A program made the position numbers and the translations under genes. A stretch of DNA of 39,831 bases from a virus (lineage: Duplodnaviria; Heunggongvirae; Uroviricota; Caudoviricetes). Every line of letters begins with the position of its first letter. Positions within the stretch are counted from its first letter, which is position 1. The notes beneath the pieces were generated by a model. It saw only the letters and a program-made list of their open reading frames with translations. It did no database searches and was not told where the DNA came from. Shown in pieces: positions 32,766 to 39,831 of the stretch. Where the stretch lies: IMG/VR virus record IMGVR_UViG_3300037852_000238; one strand, written 5' to 3'.

Positions 32766-33298
32766 CTTCTGCGCCCTTCATCCGCCTGCCGCTAGACCAG
32801 GCCCAGCGCCTCGCGGCGGACCTGGAGCTCGCGGCGAACGGGGAGGAACTGCGCCCGTGGGTCTTCAAGGCACTGCGCGACGACGTTCTGTTGGCTATCC
32901 GCGCCTGCCGCTCGATCCGGCTGGGCCTCGTCGTTCGCGGCGTCACGATCGAGTTGTCACCCAACCAGGAGGTACTACACGTGGCAGAAACTCTCGAAGT
33001 CGGCCAGACCGACACGCTCACCCTCGTCGCGCTCGATCAGCACGGCCAGCCGATGACGACGCAGCCGACGCCGGACGCCGCGCCGGTGTGGACCAGCTCG
33101 ACTCCAGCGACCGAGACCGTGGCCGCCGCAGCCAATGGTCTCTCCGCCGCGCAGACCGCGCTGGCGGTTGGCAGTGACACGGTTTCCGTCGCGCTCGCGG
33201 TCAACGGTACGCCGTATAGCGCGACGCTCGCCGTGACGGTGGCTGCTGCACCGCAGGTGCTGACGAGTTTCGAGATCCAGTCGGGAACGCCGGTCTAG
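32762..33298 (+). CDS. Ig-like domain protein with N-terminal extension; internal in-frame start at 32981
   Basis: GTG 32762 overlaps the upstream stop. AGGAGGT at 32967-32973 precedes GTG 32981. L.VGQT..L.LV..DQ.G.P....VW.SS.P....V....G..A..GS..V.V is an Ig-like pattern. Confidence 0.7.
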   Translation: MTSAPFIRLPLDQAQRLAADLELAANGEELRPWVFKALRDDVLLAIRACRSIRLGLVVRGVTIELSPNQEVLHVAETLEVGQTDTLTLVALDQHGQPMTTQPTPDAAPVWTSSTPATETVAAAANGLSAAQTALAVGSDTVSVALAVNGTPYSATLAVTVAAAPQVLTSFEIQSGTPV

Positions 33299-33300
33299 CC

Positions 33301-33576
33301 TTGCCCCGCGGTACCACGCTGACGCCCTACACCGAGGGCGTTCTGCGGCGGATGCACGCCGCGGGGGCGAGCGGCGGCGCGGTCGCTGCCGCGCTCAGCG
33401 TGCCGGCCAGCACGGTCTATTGCTGGGGTAGCACGCTCGGGATCAGGTTCGGCACCTACTCCGCCCGAGCCGATAGCCGGACGTACTCCAAACATTCCGA
33501 GCGACCGCTGCGTCGTGTCCCGCCGCCGAACGTCGTTTCCGGCATTTCTCTCGCGCGCTTGATGGCCGGCCGGTGA
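33301..33576 (+). CDS. Small HTH protein (91 aa)
   Basis: GAS..AVAAALSVPASTVY.W helix-turn-helix. Confidence 0.55.
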   Translation: MPRGTTLTPYTEGVLRRMHAAGASGGAVAAALSVPASTVYCWGSTLGIRFGTYSARADSRTYSKHSERPLRRVPPPNVVSGISLARLMAGR

Positions 33577-33727
33577 TGGCCACGCCTTGGGCCGAAGACT
33601 ATGCGGAGATCGCGCGCAACGCTCGGCGAATTGCCGAGGAGGGAGCGGCCGCTCTGTCCGCGGATAGCAGGTAAGTTGCTTTACGTGTGCCTGCGCGAGA
33701 CGGGTCATTGTCCGCTCGATTGTCCAT

Positions 33728-33964
33728 ATGCCGGTGACTGGATCGGACCGCAAGATGGCTAATATCGTGCGTCCTGACGTGAGCGTTGATCAGCATCCAA
33801 TCAATCCAGACGGGACCGGGCCGAACGTCACCGATGTTGTTGTCAGTCGCGACGGCAAAGGTAGATCCTACCGTGGCGTTGGTACGAGCGAAGTTGAGCG
33901 GACCAAGTCGATCGTGCGCCAGATCGTCGACGACCCATACACGGGTGAGTGGATCGACAAGTGA
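33728..33964 (+). CDS. Hypothetical protein (69-78 aa)
   Basis: ORF track; lower GC; GTGA coupling downstream; start could be 33755. Confidence 0.6.
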   Translation: MPVTGSDRKMANIVRPDVSVDQHPINPDGTGPNVTDVVVSRDGKGRSYRGVGTSEVERTKSIVRQIVDDPYTGEWIDK

Positions 33965-34242
33965 CCCGCGCCGAGGAGCTGGCGGCCATCGCCGCTCATC
34001 CGGTGATGCGGCTACCAACGTTGACCGCGGTTGAGGCGCTGGACCGCGAGCTTGCCTTGATCTGCCGGCGTAACCGCGCCTTCGTCGTCGATCGCGCTTG
34101 GCGCACGCAGCGCGCGCAGACCGCGGCGTACCAGCGCCGCAACCGAGCTTCGCTGGCCCTCGCTAGCGGAGAGCCCGCAAGGACATCCTCCTTGAACTTG
34201 GCCCTCGGTGAAGGCCGAGGGCCATCTTTAGGAGACCCATGA
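33961..34242 (+). CDS. Hypothetical protein (about 93 aa)
   Basis: GTG 33961 overlaps the upstream stop; ATGA overlap downstream. Confidence 0.55.
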   Translation: MTRAEELAAIAAHPVMRLPTLTAVEALDRELALICRRNRAFVVDRAWRTQRAQTAAYQRRNRASLALASGEPARTSSLNLALGEGRGPSLGDP

Positions 34243-34412
34243 TGGATCTGATCCTTACCGTCGTCCTGATCGTCTGCATGCTGCTGTGGCTGCTCTCGGC
34301 CCTGCCGTTCCCGCAGACGGCGCCGTTCAATTGGGCGCACCCGCTGTTGGCGTGGATCTGCGTGGCTATCCTATGCGTGTTCGTCATAGGCGGTCACGCC
34401 GCGATGCGCTAG
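34239..34412 (+). CDS. Small two-TM membrane protein (57 aa; absent from the ORF track)
   Basis: Hand translation MMDLILTVVLIVCMLLWLLSALPFPQTAPFNWAHPLLAWICVAILCVFVIGGHAAMR; AGGAG RBS at 34230-34234. Confidence 0.75.
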   Translation: MMDLILTVVLIVCMLLWLLSALPFPQTAPFNWAHPLLAWICVAILCVFVIGGHAAMR

Positions 34413-35204
34413 GTGCCCCGCGAGCGCACCCTGCCGCCGGTCCGCCCGAGCCACGCCATCGAGATGGCTTACCGGCGCCGGTTGGATCGGTTGATCGAGG
34501 AGATGCACCGCTCGGTCGCGTATTGGCTAACCGCGGCCTACCGCCGCGACCCGCCGACCCTGGCGCAGGACGCCACGCCGGCGGTGACGCTGTCGCGCGC
34601 CGTCGCCCGCCTGCGCGACCGGTGGACGCGGCGCTTTGCGACGTTGTCGCGGGACCTGGCGCGATGGTTCGGGTTGAGCCAGGCGCGCCGTTCGGACGTC
34701 GCTCTCCGCTCCGCGCTTCGCAAAGGCGGGATGAGCGTCAAGTTTACGATGACCCCAGCGATGCGCGACGTGCTCGTGGCGACGGTGCGGGAGAACGTGA
34801 GTTTGATCCGCTCGATTCCCCAGCATTACTTCACGCAGATCGAGGGTTACGTCGCGCGCTCGGTGACCGTCGGACGTGACCTGGGGCAGCTCAGCGACGA
34901 CCTCCAGCGCGAGTTTGGCGTCACGAAGCGGCGCGCGGCGCTGATTTCGCGGGACCAGAATGCCAAGGCCAGCGCCGCGCTGACCCGTGTGAGGCAGGTT
35001 GACCTTGGAATCACCGAGGCGATCTGGGTGCATTCAGGGGCCGGTAAAGAACCTCGCCCTACTCATTTACGCGCAGGTCGAGACAAGATGAGATTCTCGC
35101 TGATCGACGGCTGGTACGACCCGGCCGAGAAGAAGAATATTCTCCCCGGAGAGCTGATAAATTGCCGCTGTACTGCGCGGCCGGTAATTCCGGGTTTGAG
35201 TTGA
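34413..35204 (+). CDS. Head morphogenesis protein (SPP1 gp7 / MuF family)
   Basis: RRA.LISRDQ..KA..A....RQ..LGI....W.HS......R..H...PGE.INCRC motifs. Confidence 0.9.
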   Translation: MPRERTLPPVRPSHAIEMAYRRRLDRLIEEMHRSVAYWLTAAYRRDPPTLAQDATPAVTLSRAVARLRDRWTRRFATLSRDLARWFGLSQARRSDVALRSALRKGGMSVKFTMTPAMRDVLVATVRENVSLIRSIPQHYFTQIEGYVARSVTVGRDLGQLSDDLQREFGVTKRRAALISRDQNAKASAALTRVRQVDLGITEAIWVHSGAGKEPRPTHLRAGRDKMRFSLIDGWYDPAEKKNILPGELINCRCTARPVIPGLS

Positions 35205-35290
35205 TGCGCGCCCTCGACAAGCTCCTGTTCATTTTCCTCGCGACGCTGGCCGTTGCGGCGATCGTCAGCCACCTGACGGGGTGGGAGTAG
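35204..35290 (+). CDS. Putative single-TM micro-protein (28 aa)
   Basis: MRALDKLLFIFLATLAVAAIVSHLTGWE; TGATG coupling upstream, and its stop abuts the next ATG. Confidence 0.45.
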   Translation: MRALDKLLFIFLATLAVAAIVSHLTGWE

Positions 35291-35740
35291 ATGGCCGTCC
35301 TCTCCGGCGGCGACCGACTTACCGCGCGACTCGACGAGATCTCGCGGCGCGTCGGCCGTGGCGTAATGGTAAGGATAGGGTTCCTGGAGGGTGCTACGTA
35401 TCCGGATGGCAAGTCTGTCGCCATGATTGCCGCTATACAGGAATTCGGCGCCCCGGCTGCCGGTATCCCACCGCGACCGTTCTTCCGCGACATGATCGCC
35501 GTGCGCTCGGAGGGTTGGCCCGCGGCAGTGCGCGCGAACCTAGCGGCGACGGGCTACGACGCTGGCCGGGCGTTCGCGCGGGTTGGCGAGGGGATCGCGG
35601 GGCAACTGCGGCAGTCGATCTTGGACTTCGTCGGGGAGCCGCTGAAGCCGGCGACGGTGGCCCGCAAGGGGTTCGACAAACAACTGATCGACACCTCGCA
35701 CATGCTGAACTCGGTCAATTACGAGGTAGTGACTAAGTAA
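35291..35740 (+). CDS. Neck / head-tail joining protein
   Basis: GATYPDG..VA.IAA.QEFG.P...IPPRPFFR...PL...TV.RKG..K.LIDT.HM.NSV motif. Confidence 0.85.
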   Translation: MAVLSGGDRLTARLDEISRRVGRGVMVRIGFLEGATYPDGKSVAMIAAIQEFGAPAAGIPPRPFFRDMIAVRSEGWPAAVRANLAATGYDAGRAFARVGEGIAGQLRQSILDFVGEPLKPATVARKGFDKQLIDTSHMLNSVNYEVVTK

Positions 35741-35753
35741 TGGTAAGTAATCG

Positions 35754-36737
35754 ATGAGATTCTTATTCCATCTTTTTAATCACAACACCGTCGGCGCCCG
35801 CAGCCTGGAGGACGTGCTGTTCATTTTTGGCAACCAGCTGCGCGCGCTGGGCCACTGGGTGTTGCACGACCCTGACAACGACCGGGGCCGGAGCAAGGGA
35901 CGGCCAGACCCGACGAAGCGGCAGATCCTGTTCGCGCACGGGCCGGACGAGATCAACGTCATCGTCGAGGGATTTACCGACCCGGTCATACAGATCGTCG
36001 CCGAGGCGCGACGTGACCTCGGCGCACGTTTCCTATGCCTGGCAACCGAGGAGCCTACTGAGAAGGGCTTTAACCACGGCACGCAAAAGGAGATGGTCGA
36101 GCGCCAGGAGAAGTTCGGCGCAGCGATGCGCTATTTCGATGGCATCCTCCACCTGGTTCCCGGCGCGCGCGTGACACGGTGGTACTCGCAGTTCGGCGTG
36201 CCCGCGGCCCAGGCCGAGCTCGGCTTCGCGCCGAACCTGCTGAGGGCGGACGCGGTTCGCGAGCCGCGGTTCGACTTTGGGTTCTACGGCTCGCTGACGC
36301 CGCGTCGGCTGGCGCTGCTAAAGCGCCTGCGCGACTACGTCGCGCCCTCGCGCCACGCGGTGCGCATCGTGGCGGACTTCGCCACGGCCGCGGAGCGCGA
36401 CCGCGCGATGCAGAACGCCAAGGTCATCGTTCAGGTGCGTAAGTTCGATGAAATGGGACTCGTATCGTCGAGCAGATGTAATACCGCGCTGTGTTGCGGC
36501 CGCCCAGTCGTGGCCGAGGCGCACGACGAAGCACTGTCGCACCCCTGGGATCGGATCGTCCACTTCACACGCTCCGAGGACGAGTTCCTGCTGGCGTGCA
36601 AGCGTGCCCGCGACGTGTGGCGCCAGCTCCACGGCCAGCAGTTCACCGAGTTCATGCATCGCCTGACGCCGGAGGTCTGCGTCGGCCGCGCCCTCGCCTC
36701 CCTCCGGCTGGGCGAGCACCGCGCGCGGGCGGCGTGA
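35754..36737 (+). CDS. GT-B-like glycosyltransferase (CgeB/GT1-like C-terminal motifs)
   Basis: RFDFGFYGSLTPRR..LL..L...RD......AKV.V.....S.SR...AL..GRPVV.E pattern. Confidence 0.65.
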   Translation: MRFLFHLFNHNTVGARSLEDVLFIFGNQLRALGHWVLHDPDNDRGRSKGRPDPTKRQILFAHGPDEINVIVEGFTDPVIQIVAEARRDLGARFLCLATEEPTEKGFNHGTQKEMVERQEKFGAAMRYFDGILHLVPGARVTRWYSQFGVPAAQAELGFAPNLLRADAVREPRFDFGFYGSLTPRRLALLKRLRDYVAPSRHAVRIVADFATAAERDRAMQNAKVIVQVRKFDEMGLVSSSRCNTALCCGRPVVAEAHDEALSHPWDRIVHFTRSEDEFLLACKRARDVWRQLHGQQFTEFMHRLTPEVCVGRALASLRLGEHRARAA

Positions 36738-36749
36738 AGGAGACGGGTC

Positions 36750-37016
36750 ATGCCCGATACGACATATTTTACACGGCATGAAGGTGAGACACCTGAAGCT
36801 TTCGAGGCGCGCATGGGACGCGCGATTGTTATGACGCCTGCTCGCGTCGGTACGATCCTCAAGAGGGCCTTCGGGCTTCGCGATGGTATCAAAGAATTGA
36901 CGCTCCATCTAAATAAAGATGAAGTAACCCTGTCGGTTGTCTACTTCGTACCGGATGACAGGGCGCGAATGCTCGAAAATCTCGAAGAATTTACGCTCGT
37001 GCCGAAGGCGAAGTGA
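36750..37016 (+). CDS. Hypothetical protein (88 aa), lower GC
   Basis: AGGAG RBS; GTGA overlap downstream. Confidence 0.65.
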   Translation: MPDTTYFTRHEGETPEAFEARMGRAIVMTPARVGTILKRAFGLRDGIKELTLHLNKDEVTLSVVYFVPDDRARMLENLEEFTLVPKAK

Positions 37017-37411
37017 ACCTCCACTCCGTCGCCAACGCCGCGGTCCGGGCGATCAACCCGAACTCGCCCGCGACGATCAAGTTCAGTACGGGGTCGACGG
37101 TGGCGCCGGACGGCATGCCGGCGCCGACCTATTCCGCGCCGGTCGCGGTCCAGGCACAGGTCCAGCCGCTGACGTGGCGCGAGCTGATGATGGTCGACGG
37201 TCTGAACCTGGCCGGGGCCAAGCGCGGGATCTACTTATTTGGGGACGTGCAGTCAATCATCCGCGTCAACGCTCAGGGGGGCGACATCATAACGATAACG
37301 CCGGCCCAGGGTGCCTTCTCGGCTAACTCCGTGTGGCTCACCGTCGTCAGCCTTGAGGACTGGAACGCGGACGGATGGTGTAAAGTCGCGGCGACCCTTC
37401 AGGTGTCCTGA
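37013..37411 (+). CDS. Head closure / head-tail connector protein
   Basis: MNLH......V.A.NP...AQVQ.L...L..VDGLN..G...R....GGD....W....LE.W..WCK. Confidence 0.8.
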   Translation: MNLHSVANAAVRAINPNSPATIKFSTGSTVAPDGMPAPTYSAPVAVQAQVQPLTWRELMMVDGLNLAGAKRGIYLFGDVQSIIRVNAQGGDIITITPAQGAFSANSVWLTVVSLEDWNADGWCKVAATLQVS

Positions 37412-38161
37412 GTGCCCTCGCTCTCCTTGACGGAGAGTGAGGAGATGGCGGCGCTCCGCTCGTTCCTTATTTCGGTGCTGCCGCCAGGCACGCCGGTCGT
37501 TCGCGGACAGATTAACCGGGTAGCCGAATCCTCGGCCGGTGACTTCGTCGTTTTCTGGCCGTTGAGGCAGTCCAGGTTGGCGACGAACATTGTCACCGTC
37601 GCCGACAACATAATCGTCGGCTCGATCTCTGGCACCGCGCTGACCGTGACCGCGATCCCGCAGGCCGAGTCCCCGCTCGCGGCGGGCATGCTGCTCACCG
37701 ACGGCACCGCGGGCCGCGTCGCCGGCAGCACAACGATCGTCTCGCAGCTCTCGGGCAGCGTCGGGGGCACCGGGGTCTACCTCGTCGCGCCTGGCCAGAC
37801 GCTCGCGGCCGAGACGCTCTACGCGGGGCAGCGGTCGGATCTGGTTCCGGCCCGTTGGACCATTCAGTGCGATGTTCATGGCCCGGCCTCGGGGGATAAC
37901 GTACGGATAATCGAGGGTCTTTTCAGGAGCGAACTCGGCGTGGACGCGATCGGCACGCAGGTAACGCCGCAGTACACGATCGTTCCGTTGTACGCGAACG
38001 AAGCGCGCTTTATGCCGTTCGTCAATGATCAACAGCAGGTTGAGTTCCGCTGGACGCTGGACCTGGAGCTTGAAATTGATCCGATCATCGGCACGCAGCA
38101 GCAGTTCGCCGACAAGCTGAAGGCAACACTCTTCGAGATCGACGCCGCCTACCCGCCTTAA
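37412..38161 (+). CDS. Tail completion / neck terminator protein with inserted Gly/Thr-rich module
   Basis: VVRGQ.NRV.E...FVV.WP....RL.TN ... Q.DVHGP.S.D....R...PLY.....PF.N..QQ.E.RW.L.L...P. Confidence 0.8.
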   Translation: MPSLSLTESEEMAALRSFLISVLPPGTPVVRGQINRVAESSAGDFVVFWPLRQSRLATNIVTVADNIIVGSISGTALTVTAIPQAESPLAAGMLLTDGTAGRVAGSTTIVSQLSGSVGGTGVYLVAPGQTLAAETLYAGQRSDLVPARWTIQCDVHGPASGDNVRIIEGLFRSELGVDAIGTQVTPQYTIVPLYANEARFMPFVNDQQQVEFRWTLDLELEIDPIIGTQQQFADKLKATLFEIDAAYPP

Positions 38162-38179
38162 CCGTAGGAAGCGAAGCAC

Positions 38180-39831
38180 ATGTCAGTCGTCGTAACGCCC
38201 GCGATACCCGCGTCGACTATCGTTGCAATCACACCATCCGTCGCCTCAGCCGGCGGCGCGGCGCTAGATCTCAACGGCGTCATTCTGACTAACGGCACGC
38301 GCGTGCCGATCGGCACGCTGCAGTCGTTTTCGACGCTGACTGACGCAACGAATTACTTCGGTCCGACGGCGCCGGAGACCGCGCTGGCGACCATTTATTT
38401 CAATGGTTTCAACAACAGCGAGGCCAAACCAGGCCAACTGTTCTTCTGGCAGTATGCATGGCAGCAGCCGGTCTCCGCTTACCTCCGCGGCGGCAGCGTC
38501 GCCGGCTTGACCCTGGCGCAGCTTCAGGCGCTCTCCGGTACGTTGTCGGTGACGATCGATGGCGTGACGCAGACCGCGAGCGCGCTCAACCTCTCCGCCG
38601 CTACCAGCTTCTCGAACGGGGCGGGGATCATCGGCGCCGGCCTCGGCATCCACGGCCAGAACCAGGGTGCGTACACCGGCTCGATCGCCGGAACTACGCT
38701 AACCGTCTCGGCTGTCACCAACGGGCCGCCCGCCGCGACGTTGACGGGCTCGATCACCGGCACCACGTTGACCGTCTCCGCACTCGGCTCGGGCACGCTG
38801 GCGATTGGCCAGCTAGTCACCGGCACCGGCGTCTCGGCCAACACGACGATCACCGCGCTGGGAACCGGCACCGGGGGCGTCGGGACGTACACGGTCAACA
38901 ACGCGCAGACCTCGCTGGTCGAGCCGATGACCGCCTACGCCCCCGCCGGGGTGCTCGCCATAGGCGACGTGGTCACCGGCACCGGCGTCACGGCCAACAC
39001 TTACATCACCGGGCTCGGCACGGGCACCGGCGGCGTGGGCACGTACACGGTCACCCCGTCGCAGACCGCGGCCAGCGAGACGATCAACGGCTGGTTGCCC
39101 GGCGTTACGTACGATGCTGTTGCCTCGGCGTTCGTCATCAATTCTGGCACGACCGGCGTGGCCTCGACCCTCGCCTTCGCTACCGGCACGTTGGCGGCGA
39201 CCTTGATGTTGACCCAGGCCACCGGCGCGCTGCTCTCGCAGGGCGCGGCGCAGTCCACCCCGGCCGGGGCGATGGCGGCGATCGTCGCGATTACCCAGAA
39301 CTGGGCGCAGTTTATGACGGCGTTCGAACCGGTCAGCACCGACAAGACCGCGTTCGCCGCCTGGGCCAGCGGCACCGGGAACCGCTACGCCTATGCGATG
39401 TGGACTACAGACGTGACCAACACGCAGGCCGGGGGGCCGTCGCCAGCGGTCGCCGCAATCCTCGCGGCCGGCTACTCCGGCACCTCGATGATCTACGAGA
39501 ACCCAGCGGTCGACGCGACGGGCCAGATCGCGGCCTTCATCCTGGGTTACGGCGCCAGCATCGATTTCTACGTGCCGCAGGGCCGGGCCAACGCGGCCTT
39601 CCGTGCGCAGGCCGGGCTCGCGCCCCACGTGTTTTCGGCCACGGTCGCCACGTTCCTTAAGGGTTACGGGCTCAACTTCTACGGCGACTACACGACCGCC
39701 AACCAGGCGTTCACGTTCTACTACCCTGGCTCGATCACCGGGTCGTTCGCGTGGCTGGACGACTACCTGGATCAGATCTGGCTCAATAACCAGTTCCAGC
39801 TCCAGCTTATGGAGCTGTTTGTGAACACGCT
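38180..39831 (+). CDS. Contractile tail sheath protein (DUF3383-type), partial; runs off the window
   Basis: Hand translation MSVVVTPAIPASTIVAITPSV.SAGG.ALDLNGV.LT...YFG...E..LA..YF.GF.NS..KP...NWAQFMT...W.D.Y..QIWLNN..Q..LM. Open to the end; missing from the ORF track because it has no stop. Confidence 0.88.
   Translation, partial: MSVVVTPAIPASTIVAITPSVASAGGAALDLNGVILTNGTRVPIGTLQSFSTLTDATNYFGPTAPETALATIYFNGFNNSEAKPGQLFFWQYAWQQPVSAYLRGGSVAGLTLAQLQALSGTLSVTIDGVTQTASALNLSAATSFSNGAGIIGAGLGIHGQNQGAYTGSIAGTTLTVSAVTNGPPAATLTGSITGTTLTVSALGSGTLAIGQLVTGTGVSANTTITALGTGTGGVGTYTVNNAQTSLVEPMTAYAPAGVLAIGDVVTGTGVTANTYITGLGTGTGGVGTYTVTPSQTAASETINGWLPGVTYDAVASAFVINSGTTGVASTLAFATGTLAATLMLTQATGALLSQGAAQSTPAGAMAAIVAITQNWAQFMTAFEPVSTDKTAFAAWASGTGNRYAYAMWTTDVTNTQAGGPSPAVAAILAAGYSGTSMIYENPAVDATGQIAAFILGYGASIDFYVPQGRANAAFRAQAGLAPHVFSATVATFLKGYGLNFYGDYTTANQAFTFYYPGSITGSFAWLDDYLDQIWLNNQFQLQLMELFVNT

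Larger units (their letters stand above)
1..39831. mobile_element. Tailed bacteriophage genome segment (myovirus-like, Bcep781-type head/tail gene set); truncated at both ends
   Basis: Continuous phage gene content: terminase, portal, protease, capsid, sheath, primase-helicase. Tight ATGA/GTGA gene coupling, divergent two-arm layout, no host genes. Confidence 0.95.

Noticed and set aside
33576-33674. Possible 32-aa ORF MATPWAEDYAEIARNARRIAEEGAAALSADSR
   Set aside because: Coupled start but no motif or RBS; too short to support as a feature.
38458-39660. 400-aa plus-strand ORF overlapping the sheath gene
   Set aside because: Arg/His-rich frame shadow of Gly/Thr codon repeats; the true frame starts at 38180 and runs off the window.

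Overview
The whole window is a GC-rich tailed-phage genome segment with no host housekeeping genes, integrase, DNA polymerase, tRNA or CRISPR visible. It is cut inside genes at both ends. The left arm (1-15463, all minus strand) holds about 30 small early genes, a multi-HTH protein with a GcrA-like domain, an SF1 (UvrD-like) helicase and a primase-helicase fusion, driven by repeated sigma70-like promoters. An AT-rich divergent control region with GGGGTAAC repeats (about 15490-16075) is the likely replication origin. The right arm (plus strand) holds a NusG-like factor, TerS, TerL, a DUF1073-type portal, a DUF2213-type prohead protease fusion, scaffold, decoration protein, DUF2184-type major capsid, DUF4054-type adaptor, MuF/gp7, neck proteins and a DUF3383-type tail sheath. 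This gene set resembles Bcep781-like myoviruses; an alphaproteobacterial host is inferred only from the GcrA-like domain. Four things stand out. (1) A 284-aa intein in TerL has an endonuclease slot holding an HNH gene in a different reading frame, with its own RBS, start and stop. (2) The protease gene is a chain of modules (Cys-rich, NUDIX, low-GC cassettes) separated by x-x-D|A motifs, next to a zincin + ADP-ribosyltransferase-like gene. (3) Methyltransferase and glycosyltransferase-like genes sit inside the virion morphogenesis operon. (4) A conserved GANTC-containing promoter/leader element goes with the phage GcrA-like protein. All family assignments come from motif recognition by eye; no searches were run.
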